The notes under the pieces were generated by a model. It ran no database searches and had not been told where the DNA came from. It was given only the letters and a program-made list of their open reading frames with translations. DNA of 37,153 bases, taken from a virus (Duplodnaviria; Caudoviricetes). A program made the position numbers and the translations under genes. Within the stretch, counting starts at the first letter, position 1; the number at the start of each line of letters is the position of its first letter. Of the stretch, positions 1-8,816 are shown piece by piece. The stretch is taken from IMG/VR virus record IMGVR_UViG_3300005512_003203, positions 1 to 37,153 of that record. One strand, written 5' to 3'.

Positions 1-549
1 GTAGAAAGGAATAATAATTCTGTCTCTGTAACCAAGTTCAGGTGTCCAATGAAAGTTGTGATCATCAACATACAAATCTCTCTGCTTCATATATTCAAAC
101 ACAGCAACAAGATTTGGATCAACTCCTGTAGGTTCAAGAGCACAGTAGTCTGCCCAATTATTTACAGGTCTTGCACTTGCTGGCAATGGCACTGTGTTGA
201 ACTTAGGTAATGCCACCAATCGCTGTTGTATCTCAGTACCTTCGTTCTCTTGCATTACCTGTAGGGCAAGTTTGTTGATTACATCATCAGGAGCGTTCAT
301 CCACTGTAGTAGTTTACGCATTTTGTGTGATAGATTACGTCCTGGTTGCCAACTTGCTTTGAAGCCACAGTTGAAACAGTGATAACTTACACCTTCTGTA
401 CCATTTGAAATTAGTCCGCCACGTTGTCTTGTATCTGCACTTGTTCCATTGTGATGACAGCAGGGAGCGTTAAACGAAGTCCAACCACTTGGGGTAGTCT
501 TACGCTTTGAAGGCAAATATGCTGTTAGTGTTTCCAAGACAATACTCAT
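1..549 (-). CDS. DNA primase, T4 gp61-like (N-terminal part; runs off the left edge)
   Basis: Absent from the ORF track; read manually from ATG at 549: MSIVLETLTAYLPSKRKTTPSGWTSFNAPCCHHNG...SYHCFNCGFKASW...GYRDRIIIPFY. Zn-ribbon (CC...HCFNC) and RIIIPF motif match phage primases; preceded by a sigma70-type promoter. Confidence 0.85.
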   Translation of the reverse strand, partial: MSIVLETLTAYLPSKRKTTPSGWTSFNAPCCHHNGTSADTRQRGGLISNGTEGVSYHCFNCGFKASWQPGRNLSHKMRKLLQWMNAPDDVINKLALQVMQENEGTEIQQRLVALPKFNTVPLPASARPVNNWADYCALEPTGVDPNLVAVFEYMKQRDLYVDDHNFHWTPELGYRDRIIIPFY

Positions 550-555
550 AGTTTA

Positions 556-584
556 AGTATAGCAAACTATGCTTAGAATGTCAA
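556..584 (-). promoter_or_regulatory. sigma70-type promoter for primase (probably leaderless)
   Basis: TTGACA (584-579), 17-nt spacer ending TGC, TATACT (561-556); ATG 6 nt downstream, no Shine-Dalgarno. Confidence 0.8.
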
Positions 585-1385
585 CTAATTTCTTACCAAT
601 ATTTTGGATATAGTGTTTGTAGGACTTGCTGTTGTTTTAAATCTTAAGTGGCTAAACACACCATTAAAGTTGACAGGGGTTGGTTCAGTTTCATTGCTTA
701 AACTTACGGTTGCAATATCAGCCCAGTTGGTATTGTCAGTTACTTGGTTTTCAAGAGTTGCTTGTACAACTACATCACCTACATAACTGTCTGAATATAC
801 TGCGGCCGTGTGTAGAGCTTCATTTCCATTAATTGCAGGTTCTGCACTAATGCTTTCACTTATCCAATAGTTGTCGCTGTCGTCTCCTGCTACTCCTAAT
901 TCTTCTGTAAACTGAGTTAAACTATAGGATGATTTAGGACCTGGGAATGCATAACTGTCTACAAATATAGTTCCATTGTTATCAAAATGACTATCAACAT
1001 ATGTAAGAGTTTTGGCGCTGTTGCTGTCTACAAGATAGATATTATATTTTAAATACTGCTGATTTATATTAAGCAAATCATTTTCTGTAACTGTTACAGT
1101 AAACAGTCCTCTTGATGCGCTACTATCATCTAATTGATTGACCACACCGTCGTGTTCTATAACCAGTGTGTTTGTTTCGTCGTAAGCAACAAACTTAGGT
1201 GTGTAAGCCGAAACATTTATAGGTTTTTGATCTGCATTTAATAATCTAAATTGTAGCACATTGTCTATGCCTCTATATACATGTAATTGTCTTTGATACA
1301 CTGGTCTATACTCCGTGACGAATCCTGCGTCATTTGCTATTATTGTTACTCTATTATTTACTAAATATCTTGGTGTAAACTGCAT
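585..1385 (-). CDS. hypothetical late protein, possibly virion (BppU/Ig-like N-terminus)
   Basis: Start reassigned to ATG 1385 (MQFTPRYL), 5 nt after ATAAATA. Beta-rich; VYRGIDNVLQFRLLNADQKPIN resembles BppU-type N-termini. Function is inference. Confidence 0.6.
   Translation of the reverse strand: MQFTPRYLVNNRVTIIANDAGFVTEYRPVYQRQLHVYRGIDNVLQFRLLNADQKPINVSAYTPKFVAYDETNTLVIEHDGVVNQLDDSSASRGLFTVTVTENDLLNINQQYLKYNIYLVDSNSAKTLTYVDSHFDNNGTIFVDSYAFPGPKSSYSLTQFTEELGVAGDDSDNYWISESISAEPAINGNEALHTAAVYSDSYVGDVVVQATLENQVTDNTNWADIATVSLSNETEPTPVNFNGVFSHLRFKTTASPTNTISKILVRN
1362..1367 (+). promoter_or_regulatory. T4-like late promoter core TAAATA for the 1406 gene
   Basis: CTAAATA upstream of a lone plus-strand gene; one of a divergent pair. 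Confidence 0.5.
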
Positions 1386-1390
1386 AAACA

Positions 1391-1397
1391 TATTTAT
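1391..1397 (-). promoter_or_regulatory. T4-like late promoter (ATAAATA)
   Basis: GATAAATA-TGTTT-ATG; same 5-nt spacing as four other sites. Confidence 0.7.
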
Positions 1398-1405
1398 CGG
1401 AAACA

Positions 1406-1777
1406 ATGTTAAGAAAAGAAATAGAAGAAAATTATCCGTTCATAAGCGTAGTCACGTATGGAGGTACAGAATACGTAGGAATCATCACCAACCAAGATCA
1501 GTTCGTAACAAGTATGTTGGTATACTCTAATCTAAGATCTTTACAAGAAAAGAAAAGATTTTTAGAATTAGGCGAAACTTGGTGGTACGAATCTAATAGA
1601 TTGATTCCTATTAATATCTTTTTGAGAAATGATATTGAACCTATTAAATATTGTTTAATTACAATGAATTCAAAAGATGTAAAAGTTAGTCTTGGACCTA
1701 CTGTGAATATTAGCAATCTTGCTGTAAAAAGAGTAAAGCGTAAAAACGTTCAATTAGTTCGTAAACCTAAGAGATAG
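1406..1777 (+). CDS. hypothetical protein, basic C-terminus
   Basis: 123-aa ORF filling the gap between two minus-strand genes; TAAATA upstream. Confidence 0.75.
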   Translation: MLRKEIEENYPFISVVTYGGTEYVGIITNQDQFVTSMLVYSNLRSLQEKKRFLELGETWWYESNRLIPINIFLRNDIEPIKYCLITMNSKDVKVSLGPTVNISNLAVKRVKRKNVQLVRKPKR

Positions 1778-2264
1778 CAATCCAAACATTATTTGGACCA
1801 ACATCAAAAGTTACGATTAGTTCTTTTACGGCTTTGTTCACTCCTGGATAATCAATATCATGTCCTGTAAGTAATCCGCCATCATTTATTTTATTTTTAT
1901 ATGCAGCTATATCTTTTGAACATCCTTGATAACTATGATCTGCATCTATAAAAATTAAATCAACCATAGGTATCTTATCAGCCATTAAGGAACTGTTACC
2001 TTCTATGGGAATAAGTCTTTCTTCATATTTCTTTTCCACTTGATTATTATAAAATTGTGAAATATTGTTATCTATGGCATAAATTGTTAGATTAGGATTT
2101 TGATCTAACAAATGAAATGTTGTTCTTCCGTCTCGAACACCCACTTCGGCCATAGTTGTAAAATCATTTTCTTTTATAAGATGATTTAAGAAATGTCGCC
2201 TGTTACTCTTTCCAGACCATTCTAAAGTCATAGGCACATCTAATAAGTCTTTACGTTTTGCCAT
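1767..2264 (-). CDS. class I SAM-dependent methyltransferase (Methyltransf_24-like)
   Basis: AEVGVRDG motif I, YAID, DLIFIDADHSY, GGLLTGHD. Confidence 0.85.
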   Translation of the reverse strand: MAKRKDLLDVPMTLEWSGKSNRRHFLNHLIKENDFTTMAEVGVRDGRTTFHLLDQNPNLTIYAIDNNISQFYNNQVEKKYEERLIPIEGNSSLMADKIPMVDLIFIDADHSYQGCSKDIAAYKNKINDGGLLTGHDIDYPGVNKAVKELIVTFDVGPNNVWIAIS

Positions 2265-2817
2265 TCAATTGCTCACAAAGTAAATTCATATGTACAACAC
2301 ACGCCATTGCATAAGATACAGCATGTGCTTTTTTGAAATAGTAACTACCGTCGGCAGGTTTAGTCCAGACAGTCTTTAGTATAGTCTCCCACGACTCGTT
2401 TACGAGGTGTCTTTTTGCTGGACGTATTATTGCGAGTACCGCGGCCAATTGTTCTACGCTTGTCGGCTTCAGTTTCCTGCAAACGTTTCCGTGCCCTTGC
2501 AGATGAAATACGTTGTCCACGAATTCGTCGTGTGTCAATAGATCCCATATAGGTTCAGTCTCCATAAGTTTTTGTAAATGATTTTCATCTCGTATATCTT
2601 TATATATTGATACGTTTAAAAAATCAAGTTTGAAGTAACCTCTGTCTTCTGCTGTTTTGTAATCAATAGTTGAAAGATTGTCAACAGGATTATGAGGAAC
2701 TTCAGTGACATAGACACCAGTGTTGTGTTTTTTACCTGTGTCAAGACGAGCTATACGATGTTTAACCTTTTCAAGCACTATATCTCTGTCTGCAAAGTCT
2801 ATATCAATATCTGGCAT
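2251..2817 (-). CDS. miniature DNA polymerase III alpha (DnaE)-like catalytic-core protein
   Basis: C-family motifs in order: PDIDIDF, KHNTGVYV, FKLDFL, YYFKKAHAVSYA (cf. YxFNKSHA); only 188 aa. Confidence 0.8.
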   Translation of the reverse strand: MPDIDIDFADRDIVLEKVKHRIARLDTGKKHNTGVYVTEVPHNPVDNLSTIDYKTAEDRGYFKLDFLNVSIYKDIRDENHLQKLMETEPIWDLLTHDEFVDNVFHLQGHGNVCRKLKPTSVEQLAAVLAIIRPAKRHLVNESWETILKTVWTKPADGSYYFKKAHAVSYAMACVVHMNLLCEQLNGKT

Positions 2818-3230
2818 TAAAGTTTGCCTTCCTCTCTTAGTTTAGCTCTAATTTTAGTAGCACTAATACTGTGTATATCTTCACCTAAGTCATGCTGTGT
2901 AAATGTATATCCTACACCACGACCATAACTTATATCTACAATATTTGGCACTTTCATTATAACATATTCTTCACCATATGTAAAGTCATGTTCTGCCAAA
3001 CCATCTTTTATATTTTGAATAACTTCGTCATATTCGAAAGGGTTATCGTCTTGAGCAACAGTACGACCTCCGCCTGCATCTTCTCCGACAATGCCGCCGA
3101 CATCACGAATCATAATACATACTTGTCCAGTTTCAAGCAGTGCTTTTTTAAACAATGCTGTGTGTCCGTCGTGCCATGGTTGCCAACGTCCGAGCATTTG
3201 TGCTGTAGGTTTTTTCCAATCAAAATTCAT
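2817..3230 (-). CDS. HxGH-family nucleotidyltransferase
   Basis: GRWQPWHDGH and C-terminal ISATKIR; start moved to ATG 3230 (GGAG upstream, ATGA overlap). Confidence 0.8.
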   Translation of the reverse strand: MNFDWKKPTAQMLGRWQPWHDGHTALFKKALLETGQVCIMIRDVGGIVGEDAGGGRTVAQDDNPFEYDEVIQNIKDGLAEHDFTYGEEYVIMKVPNIVDISYGRGVGYTFTQHDLGEDIHSISATKIRAKLREEGKL

Positions 3231-3442
3231 TTTATTACTCCAAAGTTTATATGTTTGTACCACACACGTTCATGAGCATAATACAAAACAAACTTAATGA
3301 TCAAGTCTGCTATGAATACTGCTCCTATTGCTTGAGGCGGCAGTCCAAACGTCCAAGCAATAATTGCTGTGGTAATACTTGCTATTATACGCCATGTGAC
3401 TGCTTTTGCTAAATGACGTTTAGATGAAACTTTATTTTCCAT
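3227..3442 (-). CDS. DUF2061-like small membrane protein
   Basis: RHLAKAVTWRIIAS ... KFVLYYAHERVW with two hydrophobic segments. Confidence 0.8.
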   Translation of the reverse strand: MENKVSSKRHLAKAVTWRIIASITTAIIAWTFGLPPQAIGAVFIADLIIKFVLYYAHERVWYKHINFGVIK

Positions 3443-3857
3443 TTCTTTGCATCCATGCTTTGACTACTTCTAACAGTTGAGAATGAGTATCATCAAACCA
3501 TTTGCTTACATGATAATCACATTTTGGAGGTGCTTGAAACATTTTATTTGTATCTTCAAAACGACCTTCTTGAATAGTATCCATCCAAACAGTAAAGTCA
3601 GGATCAAATGCTTGTCTTGCTTGTTCAGTAGGACATACAAAATCTGTTACAGCAATTTTGCCTGCTCGTACCACACCATCACTAAGATGACGCATACGAT
3701 TCGCCTGGCGCATACGACCTTCTGGAGTAAAGTCCCAGTCGTCATAGTGCTGTCTTACTTCGTCTGCATTGATATGCACACCACCGATTAATTCTGCAAA
3801 AGGTTTTGCCAGTGTAGTTTTACCACTACCTGGTAGCCCGAATATTAAAATTTTCAT
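3432..3857 (-). CDS. adenylyl-sulfate kinase (CysC)-like P-loop kinase
   Basis: GLPGSGKTTLA Walker A, NADEVR, DFTPEGR, DFVCP; shorter than cellular CysC. Confidence 0.7.
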   Translation of the reverse strand: MKILIFGLPGSGKTTLAKPFAELIGGVHINADEVRQHYDDWDFTPEGRMRQANRMRHLSDGVVRAGKIAVTDFVCPTEQARQAFDPDFTVWMDTIQEGRFEDTNKMFQAPPKCDYHVSKWFDDTHSQLLEVVKAWMQRNGK

Positions 3858-4543
3858 AAGTTTGCTTCCTTTACAATTTCTCGAACAAGATCTATGTCAT
3901 TAGGATTTCTTTTAAATCTCATAGCCCAATGCTCTGGATCAAGCACATGGTATATCATATTTAACTGTTCGTCATTAAATTTACTCAACATATCTTTACC
4001 GCTTTTACAGTTCAATAGTAACCAAGGAGATATCTTACCATCTTTGATATGCCACACAGCTCTGTTCAAACTTACATGTGCAAAATAATGATTCCACGGT
4101 GCAGGTTCATTTTCTTCTGCCCATTCCATCATTGTGTTTACTGAGCGTTCAAGTGCAGTTTCAACTCCTTCTTTGCGGATAAGTTCGATAGCATATTTTT
4201 CATACATTTCTTCTCTGCACCAATGATCAAGTTTTACTCTTGATGTCACAACATAGTCGATATACTTTTCTGGATACAAAGGTTTTACATTTGAAATAAA
4301 ACTACCAAACTTTACAAATGCATTGTAGTATTGACTCTTACAAAATTCTTCATAGGTCTTGTCTTTTTTGGCTCCTGCACTTAGTTTGTAAAACTGATTG
4401 AATGCATAGTATCCAAGTTGCACTCGTTTTTCGTTTCGCTGTAAACGCCTGCGCTTTTGTTCACACATATGCACAACAAGAGTTTTTTCTCTTGTGTAAC
4501 CTGTGTTACAGTATTCGCATACATAAGGTTTAGATGTCGACAT
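3854..4543 (-). CDS. hypothetical protein with N-terminal zinc finger
   Basis: Start moved to MSTSKPY (4543); CEYC-x12-HMC motif. Confidence 0.75.
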   Translation of the reverse strand: MSTSKPYVCEYCNTGYTREKTLVVHMCEQKRRRLQRNEKRVQLGYYAFNQFYKLSAGAKKDKTYEEFCKSQYYNAFVKFGSFISNVKPLYPEKYIDYVVTSRVKLDHWCREEMYEKYAIELIRKEGVETALERSVNTMMEWAEENEPAPWNHYFAHVSLNRAVWHIKDGKISPWLLLNCKSGKDMLSKFNDEQLNMIYHVLDPEHWAMRFKRNPNDIDLVREIVKEANL

Positions 4544-4991
4544 CTTTTTTATCCATACCGAGTGACTCGGCGTATTCTTTAATTTCTTGTTTTGTAGATA
4601 TTGAAGCAAGTAATTCTACCTCGTCTTTTTTCATATTTGGAAAACGTTCATGTAACCATTTGGATATTTTTGAATTGGCTGATTTCTTCTGTTTCAGCCC
4701 AATCCATTCATGGAACTCAATTTTACCTGTGTTGCCTGCTTGACACAACAGTTGCCATTGTAGTTTAGGATGTCTTGTGCCAAGCACATTCCAGTTCTTG
4801 TTGTAGTATTCATTTGTTTTGAATACAGCAAGTTCTTGTTTTTCTCTGTTGCCTTTGATACTTGATGCATATCTGTTCATTAACCAAAAACTTATTTGTT
4901 TGCGTTCTTCATCTGTAAATTCATCCCATACAGATTTTGCACCCATGTCTACTGCTGCTAATATATCTTTTAATGGAAGTTTATTTGCCAT
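4530..4991 (-). CDS. probable clamp-loader small subunit (T4 gp62-like)
   Basis: Size, FWLMNRYAS segment and C-terminal helices resemble gp62 homologues; replication context. Confidence 0.6.
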   Translation of the reverse strand: MANKLPLKDILAAVDMGAKSVWDEFTDEERKQISFWLMNRYASSIKGNREKQELAVFKTNEYYNKNWNVLGTRHPKLQWQLLCQAGNTGKIEFHEWIGLKQKKSANSKISKWLHERFPNMKKDEVELLASISTKQEIKEYAESLGMDKKDVDI

Positions 4992-5757
4992 AATTATATT
5001 TTACTATCTCTGATATGGTTTTGTCAAATGATTTTAAGTCCAACATATTAGGTCCATCACTTGGTGCATTGTCGGGATCTTCATGCACTTCTAAGAAAAA
5101 GTTTGTCACACCCATTGCAGATGCAGCACGAGCCAACCCAGGAACGTACCCGCGATTACCGCCGCTACTACTGCCCATTCCTCCCGGCTTTTGAACCGAG
5201 TGGGTAACATCAAAAACAACAGGAACATCATAGGTATCAAGCATATACTGAATGCCAGTGAAATCAACGACCAAAGTATTATATCCATAACTGCTACCTC
5301 TTTCTGTAATCCATACTTCTTGTGCACCTTGTGTTTTTGAAAGGATACCTTCTACGTCCCAAGGTGCAAGGAACTGTCCTTTCTTAATGTTTACAATTTT
5401 ATTTGTTTTGCATGCCGCCTGTATCAAATCAGTTTGTCTACAAAGAAATGCTGGTATCTGTAGTACGTCAACAATATCGTTATAGTAAGCAGCAATTTTT
5501 AGTATTTCATTCTGTGTATGCACGTCAGTTAATATTTTTAAACCTGGAACTTTTGCTTTTAGTTCTGCAAAATCTTCCATAGTCTTTTGTAAACCTTGAC
5601 CTCTCATACCTTTTATATTTGTTCTGTTTGCCTTATCAAAACTTGCTTTAAAATAGTAATCTATTCCGTGTTTTAGACAAACACGAGTACACTCCTTTGC
5701 AATTTTAAAACTTTTTTCTATAGATTCATGTTGACATGGTCCTGCTATAATTTTCAT
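4981..5757 (-). CDS. kdsA: 3-deoxy-D-manno-octulosonate 8-phosphate (Kdo8P) synthase
   Basis: IAGPC, FKASFDKANRT, QIPAFLCRQTDL, NIKKGQFLAPW, DVTHSVQKPGG, EVH..PDNAPSDG. Confidence 0.95.
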   Translation of the reverse strand: MKIIAGPCQHESIEKSFKIAKECTRVCLKHGIDYYFKASFDKANRTNIKGMRGQGLQKTMEDFAELKAKVPGLKILTDVHTQNEILKIAAYYNDIVDVLQIPAFLCRQTDLIQAACKTNKIVNIKKGQFLAPWDVEGILSKTQGAQEVWITERGSSYGYNTLVVDFTGIQYMLDTYDVPVVFDVTHSVQKPGGMGSSSGGNRGYVPGLARAASAMGVTNFFLEVHEDPDNAPSDGPNMLDLKSFDKTISEIVKYNYGK

Positions 5758-6290
5758 ATTCTTTCCTTTTCTATTGCAATATCAAGTTTACCTTTTTTAC
5801 CTAATTCAATATATACAATTTTTCCTTGGTATTTTTCTATTTTATTTTTCCACCAAATTTCATCTTCTAATATCAAATGTGCATTTCTTCCATCTGGCAA
5901 AGTTTTTCTTGCTGGTTTAGTATCAATTCTTAACCATATGTATTTTTCTGCTATTTGCCATACATGACTTAAAACATTATCTAAAAATTCTGGTTCTATG
6001 TGTTCTAATACATCATTTGAAAATACACAATCATATTTGGTTTGTTGTATATTTTTAAACACACTTACGGCAGGATCATATCCATGCCAAGTAGAACTAG
6101 GATATTTTTCTTTTAAATGATTTAGAATAACTGCCTTGCCGCATCCATAATCTAAAATAGATTTAGGTTGCCATTTTTCATAAAATGTATAAAAAGCACC
6201 AAGGGGTTTTATTTTTCCGCCGAAGCCCCTTGGTCTGTCTTTTGCGGCATGTAATTTTTTAAGTTGCTCTAGATATTCTTGAGAGAACAT
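5754..6290 (-). CDS. class I SAM-dependent methyltransferase
   Basis: LDYGCGKA, GYDP, DVLEHIEP. Confidence 0.85.
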   Translation of the reverse strand: MFSQEYLEQLKKLHAAKDRPRGFGGKIKPLGAFYTFYEKWQPKSILDYGCGKAVILNHLKEKYPSSTWHGYDPAVSVFKNIQQTKYDCVFSNDVLEHIEPEFLDNVLSHVWQIAEKYIWLRIDTKPARKTLPDGRNAHLILEDEIWWKNKIEKYQGKIVYIELGKKGKLDIAIEKERI

Positions 6291-7009
6291 TATGTATATC
6301 TTTCTTGTATTTCTACACTACTAATATTATCGTCACCGTATAACTCTTGTATGGGCATGCGGAATTTGTTACTAGTATTTTTCCAGCTTATAGCAACTAC
6401 TGTTACATCTCGTTCCCAAGAATCAATATTAGATTCACGTCGCAGGTCTGTTTGTCTATATAAAATATTAGGGTCAAGAGCAAACAACTGTTCCATATTA
6501 TTTTGTGCTAACCATAAATGACTAACCTTATAATCGTTAGCTGTAGCTAAGGCTGTAAATAGGTTTGGATTATAATTATAAAATCCATGATCTACCCAGC
6601 GATAACAAGGTAGACAATGTATCATACAGCCGCCGGTACGTGTAAGGTTATGTGTATTCTCAAATAATGTTAATTGATTGAATACATGTTCTCCTGTTCC
6701 ATTGTTAGTAACTAAATCAAACTGTTCAGTGAAATTATAGTAATCATTGAGATTAAGATTAAGATCCATTGCTATGCTATCGCGTTCTTCGTTAACGTCT
6801 ATAGCTGTATAATTTTTAAACCCTATTGACAGATACCATTCTTTAACAGTAGCAGGTTCAACACCTTTAAGTCCTAGACGTTTGTATATGCTTCTGCGCT
6901 GTTTGGCATTTTTGAGAGTTTGGTTGCCTAATTCACAAACTGTAGGATGAAGTCCTAAATCATTACGTATTGTATCAACAGAGTGTGTAATTAAATTATG
7001 AAATCCCAT
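6290..7009 (-). CDS. methyltransferase-fold protein
   Basis: VCELGNQ, AIDVN, FDLVTNNGTGEHVFN, DHGFYNYNP; start at ATG 7009 (TAATG overlap). Confidence 0.7.
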   Translation of the reverse strand: MGFHNLITHSVDTIRNDLGLHPTVCELGNQTLKNAKQRRSIYKRLGLKGVEPATVKEWYLSIGFKNYTAIDVNEERDSIAMDLNLNLNDYYNFTEQFDLVTNNGTGEHVFNQLTLFENTHNLTRTGGCMIHCLPCYRWVDHGFYNYNPNLFTALATANDYKVSHLWLAQNNMEQLFALDPNILYRQTDLRRESNIDSWERDVTVVAISWKNTSNKFRMPIQELYGDDNISSVEIQERYT

Positions 7010-7767
7010 TATTGTATTTCCTCTTTCTCCCACATTTTTCCATTTTTATTATATTCGCCTATTATATTAATGCTATGTCTACGTTCAACAGCATTTGTTC
7101 TTGGTGTAACACTATGTACACTATTATGAACATTAAGAAACATACAAAAATTATTTGCTTTGTATTGTATTTCTTTTACAGGATTGCTTTTTTGTACTGC
7201 TCTTCCAGACTTTTTGTATATGCTATCAACTGTGTTTATTTCGTGTAAAGTAAAATTACCACCTGTGCTTGCGTCATTTGTTTTTTTCATATACAATAAT
7301 CCTGCATAAATTTCTCCAGGATTATCTAAATGAGGTGTACGTGTTGTACCAGTTTCATCTACTGGTTCATGAACTACAAATTGACAATCAGTTACAAACG
7401 CTGTTTTTTTCTGTATACGTCTAATACCAACATCTCCTATTAGTAGTTCTTCATAAATTTCTTTTGGGTAATATTTTAAAAAAGCGTCTTCAAAAATTTC
7501 TATTACATATTGAAAAAACTCTGGACTTGTATGATACGCAAAAAATTCTTTCCATATACTAGGAGTTCTACTTTCTAACAACACAGGATTAGATTTATGT
7601 CTATAAGTTATGCCGTTATCAAGTACTGGTGTTGAGCAGACAATGTCTTCCGGAAAAGTATCAACAAGTTCATTGTAAACATTTTCAGGAAGAGCATTGT
7701 CTATGCAAAGATGTGGAAATGGTTGCATCTCCACACCTTTGAAGTTTTGTAGAACACTTAGTTCCAT
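7009..7767 (-). CDS. 2OG-Fe(II) oxygenase
   Basis: PFPH N-terminus, HxD (PHLD), distal H (SVHSVTPR), R-x-S-x-N (RHSIN). Confidence 0.85.
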   Translation of the reverse strand: MELSVLQNFKGVEMQPFPHLCIDNALPENVYNELVDTFPEDIVCSTPVLDNGITYRHKSNPVLLESRTPSIWKEFFAYHTSPEFFQYVIEIFEDAFLKYYPKEIYEELLIGDVGIRRIQKKTAFVTDCQFVVHEPVDETGTTRTPHLDNPGEIYAGLLYMKKTNDASTGGNFTLHEINTVDSIYKKSGRAVQKSNPVKEIQYKANNFCMFLNVHNSVHSVTPRTNAVERRHSINIIGEYNKNGKMWEKEEIQ

Positions 7768-8438
7768 TACGCTTTTTTCTTCCTACTTTTTTTCGGCTTT
7801 ACTTCATCTTTAAGCACAAGTGGATCAACTCCAAACTTGTTTTTTAAAGTTGCAAGCAATACACCATACGCCGGTAGGAACACAATTAATCCTACAACAA
7901 TTTTAGTTAGTGTGTTGTTAAATGCAACTGCACTAACCCATGGTGCTGGATAGAATGCTGTGTAAAAGAAAGTATAAGTATCGATGATGTTAGCAGCAAT
8001 AGTTGATATTGCTGGTGCTAACCACCATGCATCTGTATACTTTTCTCTAATGTGTTGGAATACATACACATCAAGCATTGTACCAACTGCATATGCAGTA
8101 CCTGATGCAATACCTACTCTGTATGCATGTTCGTCACCAAGTGCTAATAACACTAACACTGATGCTACAATAGCTGGAATAATAGCCATTGCTACAACAG
8201 TACGACCTGCAGCTTTACCAACCAAACGCACTGTTAAGTCAGTTGCTACAACTACAATGGGAAATGTAAATGCAGCTGCTGCTAGTGGAAACTCACCGAA
8301 TAAAGGTAAGTCTGCGCCTGGAAACAAATTAAATCTTATTGTAACCAAGTAATTACTTACTGCAATCACAAGAGTGTGTAGGATAACAAGATTACGTACT
8401 AATGTCTTATCTACACCTTCTAATAGTTTTGTGAACAT
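7767..8438 (-). CDS. yhhQ: YhhQ/VUT-family (queuosine-precursor) transporter
   Basis: About six TM segments; IAVSNYLV, AFTFP..VVATDLTVRLVG, AS..AY..G..LDV.VF, IDTY.F, F.PAYG. Confidence 0.8.
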   Translation of the reverse strand: MFTKLLEGVDKTLVRNLVILHTLVIAVSNYLVTIRFNLFPGADLPLFGEFPLAAAAFTFPIVVVATDLTVRLVGKAAGRTVVAMAIIPAIVASVLVLLALGDEHAYRVGIASGTAYAVGTMLDVYVFQHIREKYTDAWWLAPAISTIAANIIDTYTFFYTAFYPAPWVSAVAFNNTLTKIVVGLIVFLPAYGVLLATLKNKFGVDPLVLKDEVKPKKSRKKKA

Positions 8439-8447
8439 ATGTTCTCC

Positions 8448-8807
8448 TTATTTTGTTACTTTAGTGCCTACTGTTCTTCTCACAATATCATTGTGATTAA
8501 ATTCAGCCCAGTATAGTTCAAAAGCGACACCGTCTTCTAAACCTTCAAACTGGTGAATTTTTCCGGGCTTCACTTGTGTAAAGTCACCCGCTTCAAGAAT
8601 GGTTTCATCGATTAAACCACCTTGATCATCTTGCCAAACACGGACAAGCATCTTGCCCGATTCAACAAAGAATCCGTTCCATTTAAATTGATGTTCGTGT
8701 TCACTACATTTGAATCCTTTCTTAAATTCAATGCGGTGAAACTCTAATACGCCATTGGCATGTATCAGTTCTGTTTGTCCCCAGATCTTTCCTGCTTTCA
8801 TTGTCAT
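8448..8807 (-). CDS. cupin-domain protein (sugar isomerase-like)
   Basis: KIWG, CSEHEH...F.VESG, PGKIHQF. Confidence 0.75.
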   Translation of the reverse strand: MTMKAGKIWGQTELIHANGVLEFHRIEFKKGFKCSEHEHQFKWNGFFVESGKMLVRVWQDDQGGLIDETILEAGDFTQVKPGKIHQFEGLEDGVAFELYWAEFNHNDIVRRTVGTKVTK

Positions 8808-8816
8808 AGTCCTTTC

